Part shown: positions 35,864-47,130 of the stretch, in pieces
Numbering within the stretch: position 1 is the stretch's first letter
How the letters are laid out: every line of letters starts with the position of its first letter
Source of the DNA: Scyliorhinus canicula
Taxonomy: Eukaryota
Direction of reading: 5' to 3'
Assembly (NCBI RefSeq): GCF_902713615.1
Contig: NC_052163.1
Span: 42,456,878 to 42,520,877 of the forward strand
Length of the DNA stretch: 64,000 nt
The notes under the pieces: generated by a model
The model's database searches: none
The model's input: only the letters and a program-made list of their open reading frames with translations
Told to the model about the DNA's origin: nothing
Made by a program: the position numbers and the translations under genes

Positions 35864-37688
35864 GTCCCCTTCAAGCGAGCAGGAAAGAGCTTTAGGTACT
35901 TAGGGGTGCAGGTGGCAAGGAACTGGGGGACCCTCCACAAGTTGAACTTTTCCAGGCTGGTGGAACAGATGGAGGAGGAGTTTAAGAGGTGGGACATGGT
36001 ACCGTTGTCGCTGGCGGGGAAGGTGCAGTCAATCAAAATGACGGTCCTCCCAAGGTTCTTGTTTTTATTTCAGTGCTTGCCCATCTTCCTCCCTAGGGCC
36101 TTCTTCAAAAAGGTGACGAGTAGCATCATGAGCTATGTGTGGGCGCATGGCACCCCAAGGGTGAGAAGGGTCTTTTTGGAGCGGAGTAGGGACAGTGGAG
36201 GGCTGGCACTACCCAATCTCTCGGGGTATTACTGGGCGGCAAATGTGTCAATGGTGCGCAAGTGGATGATGGAAGGGGAGGGGGCAGCTTGGAAACGAAT
36301 GGAGAGGGCGTCCTGTGGCAACACAAGTCTGGGGGCCCTAGTAACGGCACCATGGCCGCTCCCCCCCACGAGGTACACCACGAGCCCGGTGGTGGCGGCC
36401 ACCCTCAAGATATGGGGGCAGTGGAGGCGACACAGGGGGGAAATGGGAGGTCTGTTGGCGGCGCCAATAAGAGGGAACCACAGATTCATCCCGGGGAACA
36501 TCGACGGGGGATTTCAGAGCTGGTACAGGGTGGGCATACGGCAGCTGAAGGACCTGTTTATAGAGGGGAGGTTTGCGAGCCTGGGAGGGCTGGAGGAGAA
36601 GTTTGAGCTCCCCCCGGGAAACATGTTCAGATATTTACAAGTGAAGGCATTTGCTAGGCGGCAGGTGGAGGGGTTCCCCCTGCTCCCCAGTAAGGGGGCG
36701 AGTGATAGGGTGCTCTCGGGGGTCTGGGTCGGAGGGGGGAAGATATCAGACATCTACAAGATAATGCAGGAGGCGGAGGAAGCATCAGGGGAGGAGCTGA
36801 AAGCCAAGTGGGAAGTGGAGCTGGGAGAGCAGATAGAAGACGGGACGTGGGCGGATGCACTGGAGAAGGTCAATTCTTCCTCCTCGTGTGCGAGGCTGAG
36901 CCTCATTCAATTTAAGGTGCTGCATAGAGCTCACATGACGGGGACAAGGATGAGCCGGTTCTTTGGGGGTGAGGACAGGTGTGTCAGATGTCTGGGAGGC
37001 CCAGCGAACCATGTGCATATGTTCTGGGCATGTCCGGTGCTGGAAGGGTTCTGGAAGGGGGTGGCAAGGACGGTGTCGAAGGTGGTGGGGTCCAGGGTCA
37101 AACCAGGATGGGGGCTTGCGATCTTTGGGGTCGGGGTAGAACCGGGGGTACAGGAGGCCAGGGAGGCCGGAATACTGGCCTTTGCGTCCCTAGTGGCTCG
37201 ACGAAGGATATTAATTCAATGGAAGGACGCGAGGCCTCCAAGCGTTGAAACTTGGATTAACGATATGGCTAGCTATATTCAGCTAGAAAGGATCAAATTT
37301 GCCCTGAGAGGGTCGGTACAGGGATTCTCCAGGCGGTGGCAACCTTTCCTTGACTTTTTAGATCAGAGATAGGCGTACGGGATCGTGGCAGCAGCAACCC
37401 GGGGGGGGGAGGGGAGGGGAAGGGGGGGCAGCAATGGTCGTGGGGGGACATGCACGACTGTAACGCGGGCAAGTCTGCTCGCTGCTCATGTCTGAAACTG
37501 TAGGCTGCCTTGTTTGTTAAGTTGTTGCTTGGGGGGGGGGGGGGGGAGGACTGGTGCGCGCGAGAGGGCGGGCGAGGGAGGGATATTTGCCTAGAGGGAT
37601 TGTGTTGTAAATAATTTAAAAATTAGTAGGGGTAAATGTCTGTATGGAAAAACTCTTTCAATAAAAATTATTTAAAAAAAAAAAAGAA
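35864..37688 (+). mobile_element. Young 5'-truncated L1-clade LINE with open ORF2 C-terminus, poly(A) and 14-bp TSD
   Basis: 488-aa uninterrupted ORF with CVRC...HVHMFWAC zinc knuckle, AATAAA plus A tail, TSD AACTTGAACAAAAC (35850-35863, 37689-37702). Confidence 0.95.
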
Positions 37689-37796
37689 AACTTGAACAAA
37701 ACAGATAGCATGGAATTGATGATAAACTGCATATACAAATTAAAGGGGTGTTCAATTACTTTGCATAGAATATAATCCCCTGATTTATCTTTTAAT

Positions 37797-38003
37797 GATG
37801 TGGAGATGCCGGCGTTGGACTGGGGTGAGCACAGTAAGAAGTCTTACAACACCAGGCTAAAGTCCAACAGGTTTGTTTCAAACACTAGCTTTCGGAGCAC
37901 TGCTCCTTCCTCAGGTCCTCCTGAGGAAGGAGCTGCGCTCCGAAAGCTCGTGTTTGAAACAAACCTGTTGGACTTTAACCTGGTGTTGTAAGACTTCTTA
38001 CTG
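37797..38003. mobile_element. Miniature fold-back Penelope derivative (85-bp arms, 4-nt loop) with 12-bp TSD
   Basis: Arms 37831-37915 and 37920-38004; TSD TTATCTTTTAAT (37785-37796, 38004-38015); same termini as the 33.2-34.6 kb element. Confidence 0.92.
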
Positions 38004-38204
38004 TTATCTTTTAATAACATATGAAGGTCACAATGTCAAGTTAATTACAGATGAAGGAATCCATTTAGACCTGGTTAATTTATCCATCTAACACCACCCA
38101 ACACAAATACCACCTCCCCCCACCCCTCAGCCTCAATTTGCAGCAGCCAATAATTCTTGGACTTTTGCCTCCTTTGCTCTCTTAGGGAGTCTCTTCCATT
38201 GATT

Positions 38205-38468
38205 AAAAAAATTTTTAAAAAAAATTTTATTTAAAAAAAAATGTTTTAAATAAATTTAGCGTACCCAATTATTTTTTCCAATTAAGGGGCAATTTAGTGT
38301 GGCCAATCCACCTATCCTGCACATCTTTTGGGTTGTGGAGGTGAAACCCACGCAGACACAGGGAGAATGTGCAAACTCCACAGGGACAGTGACCCAGGGC
38401 CGGGATTCGAACCCGGGTCCTCAGTGCCGTAGGCAACAATGCTAACCACTGTGCCACCTTGCTGCCCC
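38205..38468 (-). mobile_element. Poly(A)-tailed HE1-type SINE
   Basis: Head and tail; flanked by GTCT(C/G)TTCCATTGAT direct repeats. Confidence 0.88.
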
Positions 38469-39299
38469 GTCTGTTCCATTGATGACGTTTGTTTGAAGAA
38501 AAAGTCCCTGAACAGTCCTAAACTGGCCTTTCTTTATGAAATTTACTTAAATGTTATGGATTGACCTTTCACATAGCTTTGAATATCTCTTTAAGATCAC
38601 ACCTCGGCCCACTCCAGGTTGAAGAGCTCAAGTTTTTCCAGTCATTGTTTGTAGCTCCGACAACCAAGATTGAGAATGAATATTATGCCCAACTTGGCAC
38701 TGCCTTCACAGCTTGAAAGTTTTCCTCGTTTCTTGGCAACCAAAATGGAATACAGTATCCGAGATACAATCTGACCAGAACACACTGTAATTTTAATCCA
38801 TCCTCCTTTGCTTTGTATTAAAATGTCAAAGATTGGCTAGCTGATTGAAAGCCATGATTTCTGGTCAAATCCTTTGCCCTTATTGTCGCATAACAAATCC
38901 TATTCTTTTGCTATTTAATCAAACTATGGTATTTTTAAGTTTGTCTCACACAGGTTGAGCAAGAGGATAATTAATGGGGAGGGTGAGAAAAAGTAATATT
39001 TTCACACTAGGGTACTTGATCAAAAATGATGTCCGTCTGAAAATACGGTGGAAATATTTGGAAATGGACGAAGAATAGGATTCATCCTTCCTGTTTGAGA
39101 CTGCCACTATCCTTGATTTGCAATGGTAAAAAAACAAGTAAAACTTGTTTTGGGAGCATGAGACTGGGTGACGTTACATTAAAATGCTTGTAAAGATGTG
39201 ACCAAGAGCAAGTCTAAAGACATTTTGACAGCCCTTGTGTTAATTGTCTGTTTAACTTAGTTGGTAATACTCATGCATTGAATTCAATGAGTTCAAGCC

Positions 39300-42200
39300 C
39301 TACCTAGGAATTGGCAACATAGAAGAGGGAGAAGCCCGTTTAGGCCCTTGAGTCTGTTCTGCCAATTTACTTGGATCATGGCTGATCTGTATCTTAACAC
39401 CATTAACCCGCTTTGGTTTCATATCCCTTAATCCTCTTGGCCAGCAAAAGGAATTGCCATTTTCAAATGGCCGAGCCTCAACTACTTTTAGAGGCAGTGT
39501 TCCAGATTTCCACAATGTGTAAAGAAATATTTCCTGACATCACCTCTGAATGACCTAGTGTTGGAACCAACAATTCTACGGACATGTGCTTGTAGGATTA
39601 GAATAGCAGTTTTAATATACTTACAACAGAGCCAGCCTGTTAGCCGTTGAACTTTCGGTGAACTGGCTGGCTGACCCTGTGGCACGGATCTTTATACAGC
39701 AGCTCCAGGGGGGGGAGTCCTGGGCGGAGCCAAGTACAAACTCTCGAGTACTCCCAGAGCTTCTCCCCCTGGTGGTCAGGTAGTGCAACTGCACTTACAA
39801 TATTGATACATATATACAGATTATAATACCGTGTGAATCTCATTCACCACATTCACCCCCTGTGAAAAAAATCGATTCCGGCGGGGGTGGTGGCTCACAG
39901 AGTTAGTCTGTCCGGTGGACGAATTTGTTTTGATCGTTTTGATCTGCGGAGCACTGGGGTTGCAGCCTCTTGCGGTGGCTGGGTGGGTGTTGCGAGCTGG
40001 GGTACGATGGCAGACTCCGGGGCGGGTCTCGTCCAAACTTCATACACCTCTGGCTCGACCGGAACTGGGGGCGCTGGGGGTGGGCTGGTGCTGGCGCGAG
40101 GAACCGGTGGGGCGAGCTTGCGGGATCGGGGGCGCGAGGGGGCGGCAGCATAGGGAACGGGGTAAGGGGTTCCTCAGTGGGGGTGGGGGGGGCTGGATCC
40201 AGCGGGTGCCAGGTCCCGAAGGGATACTGTGTCCTGGCGACCGTCCGGGAACTCCACAAATGCGTACTGGGGGTTGGAATGGAGGAGGCGCACCTTTTCA
40301 ACAAGGGGGTCAGTTTTGTGCCCCCTGACGTGCTTCCTCAGGAGGACCGGGCCTGGTGTCCTCAGCCACGCCGGAAGTGAGACCCCCGTGGTAGTGCGCC
40401 TAGAAAAAATGAAGAGCCGCTCGTGAGGGGTTTGATTTGTAGCTGTACAGAGGAGGGATCTGATTGTGTGGAACGTGTCTGGGAGGACTTCTTGCCATTG
40501 GGAGACTTGGAGTTTTCTAGACCGGAGGGTCAGCAGGACGGTCTTCCAGACCGCCGCGTTCTCCCTCTCCACCTGCCTGTTCCCCCTGGGGTCGTAGCTG
40601 GTAGTCCTGCTCGAGGCGATGCCCTTGTCGAGCAGGTACTGACGCAGCTCGTCGCTCATAAAGGACGAACCCCGGTTGCTGTGCACGTAGCTGGGGAAAC
40701 CGAACAAGGTGAAGACACTATGCAGGGCCCTAATGACTGTGTGGGAGGTCATATTGGGGCACGGGATAGCAAAAGGGAATCGGGAGAACTCATCGATGAT
40801 GTTGAGGAAATATATGTTTTTGTTAGTGGAGGGGAGTGGCCCTTTGAAATCGATCGCAAGGCGTTCAAAGGGCCTAGAAGCCTTGCCAGGTGGGCCCTGT
40901 CTGGTCTATAGAAGTGCGGTTTGCACTCTGCACAGATCGGGCAGTCCCTGGTGACCGCTTTTACCTCCTCGTTGGAGAAAGGCAGGTTTCGGGCTCTGAT
41001 GTAGTGGGCGAGCCGGGTGACCCCTGGATGGCAGAGGCCCACGTGGATGGCTTTCAGACGGCTGATCTGCACGCTGGTGCATGTCCCGTGGGATAGGGCA
41101 TCCGAGGGCTCATTGAGCTTCCCTGGTCGATATTTAATGTCATAACTATAGGTGGAGGGTTTGATCCTCCACCGAAGGATTTTATCATTTTTTATTTTGC
41201 CCCTTTGCGAGTTGTCAAACATAAAGGCAATCGATCGTTGGTCGGTGATGAGGGTGAACCTCCTAACTGCGAGGTAGTGCCTCCAGTGACGAACAGCCTC
41301 CACGATGGCTTGCGCTTCCTTCTCGACAGAGGAGTGTCGGAGTTCTGAAGCGGATAGGGTACGGGCCTCCCTGCCTGATTTAAAGTGGCTGCTAGAGCTA
41401 CCTCTGAGGCGTCTCTCTCAACCTGAAAGGGAGTGGATTCATCCACCGCCCGCATGGCTGCCTTGGCGATGTCCTCCTTGATGCAGCTGAAGGTCTGGCG
41501 TGCCTCAGCAGACAGGGGAAATCGTGTGGCCTTAAAGAGTGGGCGGGCTTTGTCCGCATATTGGGGGACCCACTGGGCGTAGTATGGAAAGAACCCCAAG
41601 CACCGTTTGAGGGCCTTGGGGCAATGAGGGAGGGAGAGTTCTCAGAGGGGGCGCAGGCGGTCCGGGTCTGGGCCCAGGACTCCGTTCTCCACGACGTAGC
41701 CGAGGATGACCAGTCTGTTTGTGCGGAAAACGCATTTCTCCTTGTTATAAGTGAGGTTTAATTTCTGTGCCTTCTGGAGAAAACGGTGGAGGTTGGCGTC
41801 GTGGTCCTGCTGGTCATAGCCGCAGATGGTAACATTGTCCAGATACGGAAATGTGGCCCGCAGCCCGTACTGGTCTACCATTCGGTCCATTGCTCGTTGG
41901 AACACCGAAACCCCATTAGTGACGCCGAAGGGAACTCGGAGGAAATGGAAGAGGTGGCCATCAGCCTCGAACGCTGTGTAGTGGCGGTCCTCCAGGCAGA
42001 TTGGGAGCTGGTGGTATGCAGACTTCAGATCCACCGTGGAAAATAGCCGATATTGGGCGATCTGATTAACCATGTCTGCAATTCTGGGGAGGGGATATGC
42101 GTCTAAGAGCGTAAAGTGATTTATGGTCTGGCTATAGTCGACGACCATGCAAAATTTGCTCCGGTCTTGACGACCACCACCTGAGCTCTCCAGGGACTAT

Positions 42201-43790
42201 TACTGGCCTCTATGATCCGCTCACTGAGCAGCCGTCGGACCTCCGATCGGATAAAGACCCTATCCTGTAGGCTGTATCGCCTGCTGCGAGTAGCTACTGG
42301 TTTACAATCTGGAGTGAGATTGGCGAAGAGAGGAGGGGGGGAGATGCGCAGCATGGCTAGGCTGCAGATAGTGAGTGGTGGCAGGGGCCCGCCGAAGCTG
42401 AGGGTGAGGCTCTTGAGGTTGCACTGGAAATCCAGGCCTAATAAGAGTGGCACGCAGAGGTCAGGTAGGACATAAAGTTTAAATTTTGAATAACTAGCGC
42501 CTCGAATTGTGAGCGTAGCGACGGTGCGTCCTTGGATTTGGACTGAGTGGGAGCCCGAAGCGAGGGCGATAGTTTGGCTCACAGCAAAAATAAGAATCGA
42601 ACAGCGTCTTACCAGCTCTGGGTGTATAAAGCTCTCGGTGCTCCCGGAGTCAAAGAGGCATGGGGTGCTGTACCCGTTGATCTGGACCTCCGCCATCGAA
42701 CTTCGTAGGTGCTTGGGGCGGGATTGATCTCGGGTGACCGCGTTGAGTTGCGGGCCGCGTGATGAGGGCCCGGGAAGGTCGTAGTCTTCCGAGTGGGCGT
42801 CCGGTCGAGTAGATGCCAGTACGTTCTAGCGAGCTTGATGCAGGATCGCTGCGCTGAGTTGCGGGCCGCGTGATGAGTGCCCGGGGAAGTCGTAGTCTTC
42901 AGATGAGCTTTCTGAGCATACCGATGCAGATGGGGCCCGTGGATCGCACGTGGTGAGCGGCGAGGAAGATGGCGGTCCCCATGATTCGCACGTGGCCGGC
43001 CGCATGGTGGGGGTTTGCCAAGATGTCGTCCCCCATGGATCGCACGTGGTGGGAGGGGGCGGAGTCGGGGCGTAGGCCGCAGCGTTTCGGGCCCCGCGGG
43101 CCCGCTGGTGTTGGGAACGATTTGTTCTCTCTACTGGGGAGTTAAAAAACTGGGGCCCTTTTCGCGAGGCACACTCTGGCATAGTGGCCTTTCTTCCCGC
43201 AGCTGCTGCATGTCGCGGATCGGGCTGGGCAGTGCTGCCGCGGGTGCTGGCTTTGGCCACAGAAATGGCAGCTGAGTAGCTGGCTGGAGCAGCTGAGTAG
43301 CTGGCTGGGGCAGCAGAGTAACTGGCTTTGGCAGCGCAGTAGCTGGGGGGGCCGTGCGGCACAGGCCTGGGGGGATTGTTGGTCGGGGGTCCATGATGAG
43401 GTCGCAGGGTCCGCGGGAATTCTACGGACACGTGTTTGTAGGATTAGAATAGCGGTTTTAATATACTTACAACAGAGCCAGCCTGTTAGCCATTGAACTT
43501 TCGGTGAACTGGCTGGCTGACCCTGGCACGGATCCTTATACAGCAGCTCCAGTGGGAGGAGTCCTGGGCGGAGCCAAGCGTGGAGCCCAGTACAAACTCT
43601 TGAGTACTCCCAGAGCTTCTCCCCCTGGTGATCAGGTAGTGCAACTACACTTACAATATTGATACATATCTACAGATTATAATACCGTGTGAATCTCATT
43701 CACCACACCTAGTTGTAACTTTAAGATTATGGTCCCTTGTTCAGGATTCCTCCAACATAGGAAAATGGGTTCACTGTCCCATCAAATTCT
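39300..43790 (-). mobile_element. Old CR1 3' fragment split by the Gypsy insertion (39300-39558 and 43708-43790)
   Basis: RTRDHNLKVTT|RSFRGDVRKYFF reads continuously across the CCTAG duplication. Confidence 0.7.
39559..43707 (-). mobile_element. Gypsy (Mag-like) LTR retrotransposon with 5' gag/PBS deletion
   Basis: LTRs 39559-39851 and 43418-43707 (TG...CA), 5-bp TSD CCTAG, PPT next to 39852, two CCHC knuckles, protease LFDSGS, RT FPYLDNV, RNase H DAS, integrase HHCC and DDE region; several frameshifts. Confidence 0.95.
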
Positions 43791-44759
43791 TTTGAGCAGA
43801 TCCAGCTAAACAATTTGAGTTACAAAGCCACAGGTCAGTTGAAACGACTTATTTATTTGATATCCATATTCAGCCACAAAATAATTATGCTTAAGCCTTA
43901 ATTAACTTTTATATGTTTTGAAATTTATTCTAAATGTATTTCCTTTTTCAAAATGGGATTCCATGTTGTAGGTGGCATGTGCGACATGGTTGAAAGATTT
44001 ATGCGATACTCTGGTTCATGAATAGTCATTGTTTTCTGCACACAGGAATGCTGTTGTCATGGTAGCACAGAGATAAAATGCTTTTATAATGAACTGAATT
44101 AGAAAGATTTGGGTAATGTTAGAGAATATGTCTGGTCATTTAAATTCCGCAGTTACATGGCCACATATAAAATGTAAATATGACAAAGTGTGACGAGGTA
44201 ACTATGCACAATTAAACCATAATTGTCTACTTTGATCTATTTAATTTAGGCCCACACTTACTGCCTCTTTGTTACAAAAGGCAACTATTAATACAAGTAT
44301 AAATTACTCAGACAAATTTTTCTTTTGTAAGTGCATAATTTCCATTCTCATTGTGAAACATATTAACTTATCTACGAATTGTAACTAGTCATTTTATCTG
44401 TCTGTAATATCTTACTAATGTTAATGGGCAATTACTCCGATATGCTGCGGTAAACTGCACTTGACCTATACTTTCTAAAATGATATCGTGATATTTTGAG
44501 TAAATCAAGGGCATGATTACAATTCAGGGTGGCTATGTTGAAATTATCTATGTGTATGTTGCATCCTTCATGCTTCCTTCACAGTGTGTTTGATGCGGCC
44601 TTGGAATTTCCTGTGCTCCATTGGTCTTAATGTTTATTTGCAGCTGGGATCTATAGCTGGGAAAATACTCGGATGTATAATGCACAAATTTGTTTGGCAT
44701 ATAACTTTTGTATACGCATATTCAACATGTAAGGAATTTCAGTAGTTTGGAAGTTTCAC

Positions 44760-45467
44760 AGATTCTCCCTTCTGGGGACTAAGCCCCCCTTCCCGGCGGG
44801 AGAACCGGCGCCAACCACTCCGGCGCCAACAGCCCCCAAAAGTGCAGAATTCTCTGCACTTTCGGGGGATAGGTGGACGCTGGAGGGGTTGGCGCCGCCT
44901 CACTGACTTACCTGCCAGGTCCCGCCGGTACGTGAATTGAGTGATTCACGACGGCGGGATTGGCCAAAAACGGACAGCCACTTGGCCCATCAGGACCCGG
45001 CGAATTGCTGGGGGGGCCTCTATCCCGGCTGGGTCGCTGTCTGTGTGGAGTCTGCACATCCTCCCCGTGTGTGCGTGGGTTTCCTCCGGGTGCTCCGGTT
45101 TCCTCCCACAGTCCAAAGATGTGCGGGTTAGGTGGATTGGCCATGCTAAATTGCCCGTAGTGTAAGGTTAATGGGGGGATTGTTGGGTTACGGGTATACG
45201 GGTTACGTGGGTTTAAGTGGGGTGATCATTGCTTGGCACAACATCGAGGGCCGAAGGGCCTGTTCTGTGCTGTACTGTTCTATTCTATTCTATTCTATTC
45301 TATTCTATTCTATCAATGGCCCCCGACCGGCCTGGCATGAATCCCGTCCCCACCTGAAAAATGGCGCCGGAGAATACGGCAGCCTGCTTCGGGGCGGCGG
45401 ATTTGTGCCGCCCCCCCCCCCCCCGGGGATTCACCGACCTGGCTGGGGGTCGGAGAATCCCGCCCCC
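44760..45467. mobile_element. GC-rich MITE (PIF/Harbinger-like termini) with a 5'-truncated SINE (45022-45312) inside
   Basis: Left GATTCTCC and right GGAGAATCCCGCCCC inverted termini; SINE ends in (TTCTA)n. Confidence 0.6.
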
Positions 45468-46914
45468 ATCCTGCTGTCAATATAACTTGCCCTATTTGAG
45501 AACTGTGCCAAGACAGATTTGTGTGCGTGTCTCAGAAGCATAAATCAGAAATTGGAACATTTGTAATCAAATGCATAACCACTGAGATGTAATAGGGTTA
45601 TTCATGAAGGCCCCGTCTTCACAACCTTGCCCCTCCCCTGAGATGGTGACCCTCACCTACGGTCATCTGGAACGATGGCGTCCTTACTTTTACTTTAATA
45701 GGGCTGCTGGTGCAGAGCAAACAATCTTATCTTTTCCAAGTCATACTCTTTAAGTTTTTTTCCTCTATAGATACTTGTGAATAAAGTATCTATCACAAAA
45801 GTTAGTCTATCATTATTTGATTATGAAATTAGGATTTGTTTTAATTAATGCTGTAAGAGTTGCAGCTTTGATTATTTTGGTCACTAGATGTCAGTGGTGC
45901 TATCTACAAATGCATTATAAATTGTAATCCTACTTCTCACTAGTCAAGTGTTTATGGTGTGTCCTTTTCAACAGTTAGCTGAGTGCAGTGTAAAACCTAA
46001 TGTATTGGTCACACCTCTGGTTCACAATAGCCACCTTGGTAGTAACATCAATTTATATGATTATTTCAAGTGTCACACTTTCCCTTTTTCCGGATTCTTT
46101 CCTCACTGACTTCACAGTCCACCTCCCCCCACGCCTCCCCCCACTTCCCAACTAACTCTAATGAATCCAGAAATTTGCAGCCTGATTTCTCCCACATCTT
46201 TATTATGCCTGACACATTTGATCTGCCTGTTGACCCTCAGTGCATCGACTTCAAATCCCTCCACTGTCTTATCTTGTTCTGATTACTTTCCCGAGCCTGC
46301 ATCCTCTGACTCTACCAGAGAGGGCCCAATCCTTCAGTTGTCCTGTCTCTGCCTTTTGGCATTCACTTCCAGGATAATATTGCCTTTTCACTTTCCTCCA
46401 AAACTTCTTTAGCATCTATGTCTTCCACCAACCTTTCCCATCTGCTGTTTCTGGCATGCTTGGCATCCTCCTCCTCCTCCTTCCACTCCACTGTAAAGTG
46501 TTATTGAGATATTTTTCTACAGAATAGGCACAAAATAAATGCTTGTTTTAGCATTTAGAGCTGTTAATAGTTGCACAAATATTGCTAACCCACTGGCAGT
46601 ATGAGGGGAAAAAAATCTAAATAAGTTATGTCGTTGAAAGAAAAAAGGCCCAAATGAGACATAGAGTGACTTACCTCTGTATGCAATGTGAGACGAACAG
46701 TTTGATTGACACCGCTTATATGACATGGTGCCAAAATGGGAACAGGTGCTCAGGACACAGTACAAAATTCACAAGACATAAAAGTTAAATAGTAAGAGAC
46801 AGTAGACCTAGGAATAGATATCCAGAAAAAGCAGTTGACTCGAGGACAATTGAACCCTTCTTAAAGAGGAATTTGATTGGCATCAATTATAGAGATTTAA
46901 ACAATGTTATTATT

Positions 46915-47130
46915 AGAATTTCTACAATGCAGAAGGAGGCCATTCGGTCCATCGAGTCTGCACCAACCCTCTGAAAGAACACCCAATATAGGCCCATTCC
47001 CCCACCCTATCCCCATAACTGTACCTAACCTGCACATCTTTGGACTGTGGGAGGAAACCGGAGCACCCGGAGGAAACCCAGGCAGACACAGGGAGAACAT
47101 GCAAACTCCACACAGTCACCCAAGGCCGGA
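46915..47130 (-). mobile_element. 5'-truncated HE1-type SINE
   Basis: Core and CR1-type tail. Confidence 0.85.

Noticed and set aside
46670-46765. Possible - strand exon ending AG|gtaagt at ~46676
   Set aside because: No recognisable protein similarity, convincing acceptor or partner exons.
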